64,000 nucleotides of DNA from Minisyncoccota bacterium (GTDB taxonomy: Bacteria; Patescibacteriota; Microgenomatia; PFEM01; JAFGMK01), in the NCBI GenBank assembly GCA_016927565.1, contig JAFGMK010000008.1, positions 1,115-65,114 of the forward strand, in the 5' to 3' direction. The position numbers were made by a program, and so were the translations under genes. The notes under the pieces were generated by a model. That model made no database searches. It was not told the origin of the DNA and worked only from the letters and a program-made list of their open reading frames with translations. Positions 17,655 through 26,980 of the stretch are shown piece after piece (the first letter of the stretch is position 1; each line of letters begins with the position of its first letter).

Positions 17655-19226
17655 TTATTTTTTAGGTTTCTTGTAGGTAATCTGGTCTGACCACCAGCCG
17701 GGAATAGCTGCAAGCAGTACTCTATCGGGATCGTTTTTGATTTCTCCGGCATAAGTTAGAGAGTAAAGTCTGACAGCGGATTTAATCTCGACGGCCCCTC
17801 CGCTTTGTTGGATTGATTGACCCAATGTAATGATATTCGGTTTTGCTAGCTGTCCTGCGTCAGTGAGGCTGTAACCGGCAACATGTCCTAATTCATTGGG
17901 CCAAACAGTGTGGTAATGGTCGGCTAAGCCAATCCCAAGGGAAAACGGTTTTATTACCTGAGGCAAACCCCGGCCATGAAGGAGTCGCTGGTACTCTGTT
18001 GTAGCGAGGCTTTCATTTCTGGAGGCAAAATCCGGGTTGGAAAAATCAACTGCAACGAAAAAATCATGATTTATTATTTGGTCGGCCCAAGATCCCAAGA
18101 TTGATGACGGCATTGCTCCGGCAGTGTAGGTGCTCATTCCTAAACGCCGGCATTTTCCGGGATCAAAATCATCCCCAAAAACTGCTTTCATTTCGGCTAT
18201 TTCTTTATCGGCAATAGGTCTGGTGACATCGCTTTGGGTGAAACAGGTTAACCGGCTGATTTCCGGATGTTTTTTGGCCAGAGCAGCAAATCTTGACTTT
18301 CCGCCAACGATTTGGCCTTCGTTATATTCGCGGACAACAAAGCGGGTGTTTCTGAGCAGTTCTGCCTGATCTTCCGGGGGCAAATCCCAGATTCTTTTGA
18401 GGATTAATTCAGTCATATTGCCGACACCGCCGGCCGCATCTTCTACCAGGATAGGGATTTCCGGATCTTTCCTGGCAGAGGATCTGATCTGCTCGATCAT
18501 CATATCAGCCGTTTGCCGCCGGCCGATCTGATCCTGGGATACCCAGGGAGCGTCTGGTTCGAGGGTTTTTCGATCTGCGGTAATTAGCGGGTATAATCCG
18601 GCTAATTTACCATCAACTATTGGTAAAGCAGGCTGGAGCTTGTGCCCGGAATCAGGCGTGTGTTTCTCTAAAATTTTATCCAATCCTTCAGAATCAGCCA
18701 GGCTTTCGGGTACTCTCCCGGTGGCTTGGGCGTGAAAAGCGGGATAGCTTGGACCAAGAATGGCGTAGATATTCATCGGTGGCCAGAGGCGGGCGAACAT
18801 CAAGTGGCTGAGTTCAATTCCGGCCGGGCTGCCGTGAGGAAGACAAAGATTTTTATTCCCAGGTTGCCGGCTGAGATACTGCATTGTGGCGAGTATTATT
18901 CTTTTTTGAACAACAAAAGCAGGATTGTCAACCGATGCTTTTCTCACTGCTTGAAGAAATGGAGTTTGAAGGAGTGCTTGTGCCTGTGTGCCGATTTGTT
19001 CACCCGTAACTTCTTGTTGTCTTAATTCTGGCGGGATTTCGGCCGAAAGTCCTTCAATTCCATCCGGTGCCGGCGGCCGATCGCGTCTTAAAACCTGAAG
19101 TCTGCTTCTGGGGTTGGGAAAAAGGCTTTCCGGCGGAACGCGGTCGACTACTTTTAGTTCATCCGAGCAGATTGTTGGTTCCGCTAATTTGTCTGGGTGT
19201 TGGGAAGCTTCGGTTAGTTCTGCCAT
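17655..19226 (-). CDS. Hypothetical protein with SAM-methyltransferase-like domain
   Basis: ILVEDAAGGVGNMT (motif-I-like), FVVREYN, FTQSDVT. Confidence 0.6.
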   Translation of the reverse strand: MAELTEASQHPDKLAEPTICSDELKVVDRVPPESLFPNPRSRLQVLRRDRPPAPDGIEGLSAEIPPELRQQEVTGEQIGTQAQALLQTPFLQAVRKASVDNPAFVVQKRIILATMQYLSRQPGNKNLCLPHGSPAGIELSHLMFARLWPPMNIYAILGPSYPAFHAQATGRVPESLADSEGLDKILEKHTPDSGHKLQPALPIVDGKLAGLYPLITADRKTLEPDAPWVSQDQIGRRQTADMMIEQIRSSARKDPEIPILVEDAAGGVGNMTELILKRIWDLPPEDQAELLRNTRFVVREYNEGQIVGGKSRFAALAKKHPEISRLTCFTQSDVTRPIADKEIAEMKAVFGDDFDPGKCRRLGMSTYTAGAMPSSILGSWADQIINHDFFVAVDFSNPDFASRNESLATTEYQRLLHGRGLPQVIKPFSLGIGLADHYHTVWPNELGHVAGYSLTDAGQLAKPNIITLGQSIQQSGGAVEIKSAVRLYSLTYAGEIKNDPDRVLLAAIPGWWSDQITYKKPKK

Positions 19227-19316
19227 TTTAGTCTAGACTAATATAAGCACCTTTTTGGCTGATTGGCAATAGTTTAAGCAACTCGGCTTTTTGACTTTCT
19301 GACTGGCGGTCTTTTT

Positions 19317-20087
19317 TTATTTTTTAGGCAGGAGGGGAATAAGCAAACTGGTCTTTCTTTTGTACTCCTGATATTTTTGATTGGTGGCGTATCTTGAGTT
19401 ATATCTTTTCTCGAGCGGGGGAATGCCGCTGACAAATAAAAGTATAAAGGTAATAAAAATCGGGCTAATGATCGTTAACCAAGCTGGGCCTTGAATGAAG
19501 GTTAAAGAGAAAATGAAAATTCCCCACCAGCAAAGCATTTCTCCAAAATAATTCGGATGGCGGGAATATTTCCATAGCCCGTTCCCGATCCATTTTCCTT
19601 GATTTTCCGGTTTATTTTTGAAAACAAACTTCTGTTGGTCAGCCGCTGTTTCAATTGTCAGGCCGATCGCCCAAATGACTATTCCCGAAACCATCAGGAA
19701 AGAAAGGGCCCGGTCTTCAGGCTGGTTCAGAAGGTGAATGCCGGGCAACATAATTGTCCAAACAGCCAAAGCCTGGAAAAGCCAAAATTTTAAAAAATCC
19801 AGCGGCTTTTCTCTGATCTTGTCAAAGCGGCTGTCTTTCTTAATCTTTAAGATCCGGGAAAAAAGATAGCCTATTAACCTGATTCCCCAGAGAACGATCA
19901 TCAAGGCCAAAATTAATTGGTAAAGGTAAAAGGTCTGATTGCGGAAAAGCAAAAAAAAGGTTAGAGAAATAAAAGTCAAGCCATAAGTGAAATCGGTCAG
20001 TTTGTCGGTTTTAAAAAGACTGGCAAAAGTAAAGAATCCCAAATTAATGGCCAAACTGATCAGGAAAGTAAAAAAGTAGATATTCAT
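19317..20087 (-). CDS. DUF1295 (steroid 5-alpha-reductase-like) membrane protein
   Basis: DKLTDFTYG, KDSRFD, ETAADQQK, GLWKYSRHPNYFGE, SGIPPLE. Confidence 0.9.
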   Translation of the reverse strand: MNIYFFTFLISLAINLGFFTFASLFKTDKLTDFTYGLTFISLTFFLLFRNQTFYLYQLILALMIVLWGIRLIGYLFSRILKIKKDSRFDKIREKPLDFLKFWLFQALAVWTIMLPGIHLLNQPEDRALSFLMVSGIVIWAIGLTIETAADQQKFVFKNKPENQGKWIGNGLWKYSRHPNYFGEMLCWWGIFIFSLTFIQGPAWLTIISPIFITFILLFVSGIPPLEKRYNSRYATNQKYQEYKRKTSLLIPLLPKK

Positions 20088-20220
20088 AAAATCAACTCCC
20101 CTAAAAGTATTATAACTTTTTAGAAAGATATTAAAAAGATAAATAATCAGCTGGGTTCATTTTTTGCCAAAAAACTAAAAGACCAATTCCCATAAGATAT
20201 CTTTATTTATTGTCTCTGAC

Positions 20221-20236
20221 TGTAAGCTGGCTTACA
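20221..20236. promoter_or_regulatory. Palindromic Crp-like box TGTAA-N6-TTACA
   Basis: TGTAAGCTGGCTTACA in the divergent intergenic region; recurs at 25893 and 33739. Confidence 0.65.
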
Positions 20237-20275
20237 GCTTTGCTGCCGGGTAATGATTAAGATATTTTTTAAAGG

Positions 20276-20965
20276 ATGAAAATGAAACCAAAGAAAATAA
20301 TTCAACTTAATCAAATAACTAGAGAATATCAACTTGACGGGGTGGTTGTTCCGGCTTTAAAAGATATTAATCTCGAAATAAACGAAGGAGATTTTTTAGC
20401 TATTGTTGGTCCGTCAGGATCAGGCAAGTCAACTCTGCTTCACATTTTAGGACTGCTCGATCGTCACAGCCGGGGCGATTTTTTGTTTTTAAATAAAAAC
20501 ATTAGTTTATTAACGGATGATCAATTAGCTGATCTTCGCAATCGGGCAATTGGCTTTGTTTTTCAACAATTTAATCTTCTTCCCCGGACCGGGGCTTTAG
20601 AAAACGTTTTGCTGCCAACTCTTTATGGAGATAATAATCCTGAAGAAGCTAGACAAAGAGCCGTTAGACTGCTTGAAGATTTGGGTTTAGGAAAAAAATT
20701 AAATAACTATTCCAATCAGCTTTCCGGTGGTCAGCAGCAACGGGTGGCTGTGGCCCGGGCTTTAATTAACCGGCCGAAGATAATTTTTGCGGATGAACCC
20801 ACTGGGAATCTAGACACTCAGTCCGGAAAAGAAGTTTTTTCTATTTTAAAAAACCTTAATTTGGAAGGGAAGACAATTATCCTGGTTACTCATGATTCTG
20901 ACTTGGCCCGGCAAACCAGCCGCCAGGTTTATCTTCAGGACGGGAAGATTACAAAAATCAACTAA
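20276..20965 (+). CDS. MacB/LolD-type ABC ATP-binding protein
   Basis: GPSGSGKS, IGFVFQQFNLL, LSGGQQQRVAVARAL, ADEPTGNLD. Confidence 0.95.
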   Translation: MKMKPKKIIQLNQITREYQLDGVVVPALKDINLEINEGDFLAIVGPSGSGKSTLLHILGLLDRHSRGDFLFLNKNISLLTDDQLADLRNRAIGFVFQQFNLLPRTGALENVLLPTLYGDNNPEEARQRAVRLLEDLGLGKKLNNYSNQLSGGQQQRVAVARALINRPKIIFADEPTGNLDTQSGKEVFSILKNLNLEGKTIILVTHDSDLARQTSRQVYLQDGKITKIN

Positions 20966-21005
20966 AAGAATAAAGGAGACTGTTGAATAAAAAGAGATTT
21001 TAACT

Positions 21006-22220
21006 ATGAAAATTAAATGGTCCCGGATTTATCAAAGTGCTTTTTTTTCCATCTCTAGGAATAAAACCCGCTCATTTTTAACCATTCTGGGAGTGGTCAT
21101 TGGTGTTTTTGCCGTCGTTGTTCTAACTGCTATTGGCGGAGGGATTCGGAAGTTTATTGCCGATCAGTTTGACAGTTTGGGGGCCAACACTATTTATGTC
21201 TCCCCCGGGGAAGTGTTGGGAGAAGATGGCGGTTTCAGCCGGCAGGCGCAAGCTGTTTCAAACAGCCAGTTGAAAGAAAGCGATATTTCTTTAATTTTAC
21301 GAATCGGAGTACCAATAAAAGCCGCCATTCCTCTTTTTCAGGGTCAGGGAAAGGTGGCCGCTAATGGCGAGCAAAAAACAGTGAGCATTATTGGCACTTT
21401 GCCGGACTATTCTTCGGTCAGAAACACTGATACTGCTAGTGGCCGTTTTTTTACCAAAACTGATCAGTCAGCCGCTAAAAAGGTAGTTGTTTTGGGGCCA
21501 AAAGTGGCTGAGGAAATTTTTCCTGACCAGGAATCAGTCGGTCAAAAGGTAACTTTAAACGGGATTCGTTTTACGGTTATTGGGGTGGTAGAGAAAAAGG
21601 GTGGCGGTGGTTTTGGCGGACCCGACATTGACAGCCAGGTTTACCTGCCGGCTTCAACTGCTCAAAATCTTTTGGAACTGGAAAATCTAAGCACAATTCT
21701 CGTTCAGGTCGATGCCCAAGAGAATATTCCCCAAGCCAAGGAAAAACTGAGAAACGCTCTGCTAAAAAGGTTGGATGAAGATGATTTTTCTGTTTTTGAT
21801 CAAGGCGAGCTGCTTTCGACCATTGACCAGATTTTTCAAACAGTAACAATTGCTCTGCTGGGAATCGCGGCCATCTCTCTTTTGGTAGGCGGAATTGGAA
21901 TTATGAATGTGATGCTGGCAACTGTCACCGAAAGAACCAGGGAAATTGGCTTGCGGAAGGCTGTCGGTGCCAAAGAAAAAATTATCCTGATTCAGTTCTT
22001 AGTCGAGGCGTCTGCCTTAAGTTTGTTTGGGGGTGTTTTGGGAATTGGCCTAGGGTTGGGTCTGGCTTTAATTGTAGGAAATTTTTTCCCAATTGCCGTT
22101 AATCCGGCTTCAGTAATAATCGCTTTTGTGGTCTCAGTCCTGACTGGAGTAATTTTTGGAGTTTGGCCGGCCCGTCGGGCGGCTCGGCTTCCGCCGGTTG
22201 AAGCCCTAAGATATCAATAG
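21006..22220 (+). CDS. MacB/FtsX-type ABC permease
   Basis: RSFLTILGVVIGV, SLLVGGIGIMNVML, ERTREIGLRKAVGA, PVEALRY. Confidence 0.95.
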   Translation: MKIKWSRIYQSAFFSISRNKTRSFLTILGVVIGVFAVVVLTAIGGGIRKFIADQFDSLGANTIYVSPGEVLGEDGGFSRQAQAVSNSQLKESDISLILRIGVPIKAAIPLFQGQGKVAANGEQKTVSIIGTLPDYSSVRNTDTASGRFFTKTDQSAAKKVVVLGPKVAEEIFPDQESVGQKVTLNGIRFTVIGVVEKKGGGGFGGPDIDSQVYLPASTAQNLLELENLSTILVQVDAQENIPQAKEKLRNALLKRLDEDDFSVFDQGELLSTIDQIFQTVTIALLGIAAISLLVGGIGIMNVMLATVTERTREIGLRKAVGAKEKIILIQFLVEASALSLFGGVLGIGLGLGLALIVGNFFPIAVNPASVIIAFVVSVLTGVIFGVWPARRAARLPPVEALRYQ

Positions 22221-22282
22221 ATCCTCCGAGAGATCTAAATTAAACTGAAAATTGGCTATCCTCTTTCATTTGGAATTGATCT

Positions 22283-22963
22283 TCATAAAATCGTCGGCAG
22301 AGATCTTGTTTGGTCAAAAATCAATGATTCTTCTTTAAGCTTTTCAATGTTCAGAACGGTGACTGTTTTTTGCTTATAGTCAATAATTTTTTTATCGGCT
22401 AATCTCTTCATCAACGAGCTCGTTGTCTCCCGGGTTAAGCCGTTCAGATGAGCCAAGTCCTGATGGCTAAGCGGAAGACAAATCTTGAAACTCCCCGAAC
22501 CAACCTCCTGGCCAAAACGCTTGGCTAAAATTATCAGGTGGGAGGCTAATTTATTTTTTGCTTTGCCGAAAACTAAATATTCGATCCGGTTAAGCAAGCC
22601 ATTGATGCCGGTTAACATTCGGCGGTTAAGGTCAAAGAAAATACCCGGCTCCTTTTTTAGGAAAAGAAGCACCTCTTCTTTTGGGGCGCGGTAGGTAACT
22701 GTTGGGGTAAAGCTCTCAAAAAAGAAATGATTAGTTTCATCGCTCAAAGCCCAAATCATAGAAAAAAAAGAGCCCGGCTTAAAGAGATTGAGAGTCAATT
22801 CTTGGCCTTGAGCTGAAGAGGTAAAAAGCCGGACATAACCCTTTTTCAAAAAGTAAATCCCGGCCGGGGGTTGATCTGGTTGAATGATTGTTTGATACTT
22901 TAAAAATGTTTTTTTTGGGAAACGGCCGAAAAAGCGGTTAAGTTTGGCAGGAATTGAGTCCAT
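22283..22963 (-). CDS. Crp/Fnr family transcription regulator
   Basis: GIYFLKKGYVR cNMP-fold; LSHQDLAHLNGLTRETTS HTH. Confidence 0.9.
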   Translation of the reverse strand: MDSIPAKLNRFFGRFPKKTFLKYQTIIQPDQPPAGIYFLKKGYVRLFTSSAQGQELTLNLFKPGSFFSMIWALSDETNHFFFESFTPTVTYRAPKEEVLLFLKKEPGIFFDLNRRMLTGINGLLNRIEYLVFGKAKNKLASHLIILAKRFGQEVGSGSFKICLPLSHQDLAHLNGLTRETTSSLMKRLADKKIIDYKQKTVTVLNIEKLKEESLIFDQTRSLPTIL

Positions 22964-23002
22964 AAACTAAGTATACCATGATCATCAGCTAATAAGGATT
23001 AA

Positions 23003-23749
23003 TGTATAAGTCACCCACTTTCCGGAAGTTTGGCTTCAATGAAAGCCATTGGTTACAAGTACCCCAAAGAGCTGTGTGGTCTCAATATAAATACTTGTCT
23101 AGTTTAACTTGAAAAGCTTTTAAATCATAGTAGATCTCATCGTTTCTTTTAATAAATTCTTCCTGGATAGTTCGGTTAAATCTCTCGATAAAGGCATTAA
23201 CTTTAACCAGTCGAGGATAGATAAACTTATGCTTGATCTTTTCTTCTTTTGATAATTTTGCCAATGGTGGTTAATTCAATGGTGGGTAGCCCCAGCCTCT
23301 TAGCATAAGCATCAAGAAAGGGCTTGATGATGTTTTTTCCGACATTGCCGTATTCCTTTCTCATCTGTTTGATAAACTCGACTAAGCGCCAATCTGTTTG
23401 CATCCTCCGAACATGCTCTGGTCGGGTTGACCTGGGAACCAAGCTGAAAGTCTTTTTTCCTGATTTTTCATACCTTTTCTTCCAGTCATAAAAAGTGCTT
23501 TTTTTGACCCGGAAAGCATCCAGGGTAGAGGCCAGGCCATATTTATAGTAGTGATCGAACATGGAGTCTGAAACGAGCAATATCTGATGACTCTAAAGGG
23601 AATGAGTTTTGAATAGTCTTTATGAGCTGAAGATAATCTCTTCGGCTCCATTTGGGAAGACGATATATATCCCGATGAGCATCGCTGGGCATCCAGAATT
23701 TCCTCTCTCTAAACAACTTAAGATTCCGGAATGTATCGCGACTTATTCA
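23003..23749 (-). mobile_element. Internally deleted IS481-like element (transposase pseudogene)
   Basis: Imperfect terminal IRs TGTATAAGTC...TTCCGGAA / TTCCGGAA...GACTTATTCA with TTAA on both flanks; HTH part (KSTFYDWKKRY) and integrase tail (NAFIERFNRTIQEEF) in different frames, central DDE region missing. Confidence 0.8.
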
Positions 23750-23823
23750 TTAATTAAATATCTTGAACCGAATATACCATGCTTTTTTTCTGAACTTAAT
23801 TCTGCTATGATTAATCACAGAAG

Positions 23824-24219
23824 ATGCAAAGCAGTCAATGGTATCAGCAACTGATCAGGCCCTCATGGTCACCGCCCAGTTGGCTTTTTGGTCCGGTTTG
23901 GACCTTTTTGTATATTCTAATCGGTATTTCTTTTTTTAGAGTGTTTCAGTTTGCTTTTCAAAAAAAGATTTCCTTTTTCGTTGCTCTTCCCTTTATCCTT
24001 AATCTTGTCTTTAATTTTGCCTTTACTCCTTTGCAGTTTGGGTTGAGAAACAATCTTCTGGCGGCGATTGACATTCTTCTTGTTTTGGCGACTCTTATTT
24101 GGGCAATGATTGCCATTTATCCCCAGCAAAGATGGCTTTCATTTATCCAAATACCCTATTTATTGTGGGTAAGCTTCGCCACGGTTTTGCAGTTAACCAT
24201 TACTTATTTAAACTGGTAA
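23824..24219 (+). CDS. tspO: TspO/MBR tryptophan-rich sensory protein
   Basis: WYQQLIRPSWSPPSWLFGPVWTFLY; PYLLWVSFATVL. Confidence 0.92.
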   Translation: MQSSQWYQQLIRPSWSPPSWLFGPVWTFLYILIGISFFRVFQFAFQKKISFFVALPFILNLVFNFAFTPLQFGLRNNLLAAIDILLVLATLIWAMIAIYPQQRWLSFIQIPYLLWVSFATVLQLTITYLNW

Positions 24220-24220
24220 G

Positions 24221-24619
24221 ATGTTTTTAAAACTCTACCTTATTACTTTGCCTGTTTTTTTAGCGGTTGATCTGGTTTGGCTGGGACTGATTGCCAAAAA
24301 TTTTTATAGCAAGCAGATTGGCTTTTTAATGAAAGCCAAGCCAGATTTGACGGCGGCGCTTCTTTTTTATCTTTTATTTATCATTGGTTTGGTAATTTTT
24401 GTTCTCATTCCCTCTCTTGAAAAAAAATCATGGGTACAAGCTCTGCTTTATGGCGCCTTATTCGGCTTGATCTCCTATGCTACCTACGATCTCACAAATT
24501 TAGCGACAATCAAAGATTGGCCGCTTTTGATTACCATTGTTGATCTGATTTGGGGAACAGTTTTGGGGGCCTCAGTTTCTTTAATTAGCTATCTGATATC
24601 TACTAAAATATTCCGCTAA
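24221..24619 (+). CDS. DUF2177 membrane protein
   Basis: DLVWLGLIAKNFY, YATYDLTNLATIKDW, DLIWG. Confidence 0.88.
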   Translation: MFLKLYLITLPVFLAVDLVWLGLIAKNFYSKQIGFLMKAKPDLTAALLFYLLFIIGLVIFVLIPSLEKKSWVQALLYGALFGLISYATYDLTNLATIKDWPLLITIVDLIWGTVLGASVSLISYLISTKIFR

Positions 24620-24645
24620 TTCAATCTGTTAATACTTCCCGGGAG

Positions 24646-25161
24646 ATGAAAAAGATAATCGTTGTTAATGATAAGATGCAGCGGGATTATTGTTACCAAT
24701 TAGTCGAGCCGATTGGCAAAAACTTTGATTTTGATTTTAAGCCGCAGCTGACTCCCAGACAAATGTTGTCCTTGGGCGTTTTCGGCGGCCGCTATCTGCG
24801 TGATTGTGCCCGAGAGTTTCCCCGGGATTGGTTCCTGGGAGCCAAGTTCCATCCTCAGGGAAGGCCGGGTCACAGCCCGGAACTTAATTTTTTTAAAGTT
24901 GACGCCTCTTTACCCTTATCGGTTTGGGTTAAAAAAGGCTGGATTTATTATCAAGACCCCAGAGGCTGGTTTCAGTGGTATTGTCGTTATTTCATGGGCC
25001 GAAGAATTCCTGAAGAAGACAAGAGACAAATAAAAAGATGGCGGGCAGTCCGCCGCCACCTGGGGGCAATTAAGAAAAATTGTCAACCGGGCGATTTAAG
25101 TTGTCGACCGAAACAAAGGCAGGTTTTGCTTCACTGGGCCTATGACAGTCGCCAAATCTGA
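24646..25161 (+). CDS. Conserved hypothetical protein
   Basis: FKPQLTPRQMLSLGVFGGRY, DPRGWFQWYCRYFMGRR, RQVLLHWAYD; recognisable family, function unknown. Confidence 0.85.
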   Translation: MKKIIVVNDKMQRDYCYQLVEPIGKNFDFDFKPQLTPRQMLSLGVFGGRYLRDCAREFPRDWFLGAKFHPQGRPGHSPELNFFKVDASLPLSVWVKKGWIYYQDPRGWFQWYCRYFMGRRIPEEDKRQIKRWRAVRRHLGAIKKNCQPGDLSCRPKQRQVLLHWAYDSRQI

Positions 25162-25167
25162 AAATAA

Positions 25168-25205
25168 AAAAACCAAGGCCCCCTAAAGTCTGGGCCCTGG
25201 TTTTT
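25168..25205. terminator. Bidirectional intrinsic terminator
   Basis: AAAAACCAAGGCCC...GGGCCCTGGTTTTT between convergent genes. Confidence 0.65.
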
Positions 25206-25222
25206 ATTAATCTCCTGAAGGG

Positions 25223-25828
25223 CTAGGACGGTAACAAGACGGCGTCAATCACATGGATTAAGCCGTTTCCGGCCTCAATGTCGGGTTGGACAACTGTCGA
25301 GTCATTAATCGTTACCTTGCCATTTTCAACCTTGATCTTAACTTCTTGACCATTTAAGGTTTTGGCTGAGGTTAAATTAACAACCTGGTTTGAATCTACC
25401 CTGCCGTCAAAGACATGATAGGTCAAGATTGAAGCCAGCTTTTCTGTGTCCTTAAGCAGTGATTCTACTGTCCCTTCCGGTAACTTGGCAAAAGCCTCGT
25501 CAGTCGGAGCCAGAACCGTAAACGGTCCGCCTTCGGCTAAGGTTTTTTCCAAGCCGGCTGCCTGAACCGCGGCAATCAGAGTCTTAAATGAGCCGGCCTC
25601 AATTGCAGTAGTGACGATGTTTTTATCTTTTCCTTCCATTTCCATTTCCATTTCCTCCTTTCCGGAGTCTGAAGATTCCTGATAACTGATTTTGTTGTTT
25701 TCGTCGGTAATAATTTGATTAACTGGATTCATTGTTTTGAAGAGAAAAAATCCTCCTAAAGCAAGAATACCGATCAAGGCAATCCCGACAAAAATCACGG
25801 AATTATTAATTTTACTTTTTTCATTCAT
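25223..25828 (-). CDS. Membrane-anchored fasciclin (FAS1) domain protein
   Basis: GPFTVLAPTDEAFAKLP, ILTYHV, NGLIHVIDAVLLP; SD AGGAGGTGA. Confidence 0.93.
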   Translation of the reverse strand: MNEKSKINNSVIFVGIALIGILALGGFFLFKTMNPVNQIITDENNKISYQESSDSGKEEMEMEMEGKDKNIVTTAIEAGSFKTLIAAVQAAGLEKTLAEGGPFTVLAPTDEAFAKLPEGTVESLLKDTEKLASILTYHVFDGRVDSNQVVNLTSAKTLNGQEVKIKVENGKVTINDSTVVQPDIEAGNGLIHVIDAVLLPS

Positions 25829-25892
25829 TTTTTTTCACCTCCTTTCATTTTTTTAATCTAAAAAAATATTACTTTTTAAAAGTTAGGGAAGC

Positions 25893-25908
25893 TGTAAGAA
25901 TGATTACA
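25893..25908. promoter_or_regulatory. Palindromic Crp-like box TGTAA-N6-TTACA
   Basis: TGTAAGAATGATTACA between fasciclin and arcC. Confidence 0.65.
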
Positions 25909-26018
25909 ATAATAGTTAATAGGAGGCGGTTCTGTTCGATATGCCTTGAGATAATCCCTCCAAGTGTGAGATAATAAACGACTATTCCATTTTTACTGAT
26001 TCATCAGCTTAAAAAAAT

Positions 26019-26954
26019 ATGAACAAACTAATTGTTGTCGCTCTTGGAGGCAATGCCATTAAGAGTGCGAAGCAAAAAGGCACCAATCAAGAACAATTCT
26101 TCAATGTCAGTAAAACCACCGAACACTTGGCAAAGTTGGTAAAGGAAGGATACCGGTTAGTTATCACTCATGGCAATGGTCCTCAGGTGGGAAATTTACT
26201 TATCCAGCATGATGCCGCCAAAGATAAAGTACCGGCGTTGCCGATGGATGTTTGCGGTGCTCAGAGTCAGGGACAAATTGGCTATATGATTTCCCAAACC
26301 TTGGGCAACCATCTGAAAAAATTGGCCGTAAATAATCCGGTTGCTGCTGTTGTCACCCAGGTTGAAGTCGATAAGAATGATCCGGCTTTTGGCAATCCCA
26401 CCAAGCCGGTAGGTCCTTTTTATGACAGAAAAAACGGCCAAAAGCTTAAAACCAGGGGTTTTACCGTTATTGAGGATGCCGGCCGGGGCTACCGTCGGGT
26501 TGTTCCCTCTCCGCAACCCAAGCGCATTGTTGAAATAGATGCTATTAAATGTTTAGTAAAATCAGGAGCGGTTGTAATTGCCTCCGGAGGCGGAGGGGTG
26601 CCGGTAATTAAGAGAGAAGGGGAATATCAGGGCACAGAAGCGGTTATTGATAAAGATTTGGCCGGTGAGTTGCTGGCCGAAGAATTGAAGGCCTGTCTCT
26701 ACATTATTCTGACTGATGTAGAAAAAGTATCTTTAAATTTCAATACTGAAAATCAGCAGGACTTAAGTGAACTTACTTTGGCCGAGGCAGAAAAATACCA
26801 ACAGGAAGGACACTTTGCGCCCGGCTCTATGGCTCCGAAAGTTAGAGCAGCGACCAGATTTGTTTCAAATACGAATAATCCGGTCCTGATCACTCATCCG
26901 TTTAAAATTTCAGATGCGCTCAATGGCAAAACAGGCACCAGAGTTATTAAATAA
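26019..26954 (+). CDS. arcC: Carbamate kinase
   Basis: VVALGGNA, THGNGPQVG, GYRRVVPSP, GGGGVPV, VIDKD, GSMAPK. Confidence 0.96.
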   Translation: MNKLIVVALGGNAIKSAKQKGTNQEQFFNVSKTTEHLAKLVKEGYRLVITHGNGPQVGNLLIQHDAAKDKVPALPMDVCGAQSQGQIGYMISQTLGNHLKKLAVNNPVAAVVTQVEVDKNDPAFGNPTKPVGPFYDRKNGQKLKTRGFTVIEDAGRGYRRVVPSPQPKRIVEIDAIKCLVKSGAVVIASGGGGVPVIKREGEYQGTEAVIDKDLAGELLAEELKACLYIILTDVEKVSLNFNTENQQDLSELTLAEAEKYQQEGHFAPGSMAPKVRAATRFVSNTNNPVLITHPFKISDALNGKTGTRVIK

Positions 26955-26980
26955 AAAAAATAACAAAAAAAGGAGGATTT

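Noticed and set aside
25639-25656. Short tandem repeat (CATTTC)n in the fasciclin gene
   Set aside because: In-frame EMEMEM low-complexity linker; a 6-nt unit would not cause phase variation
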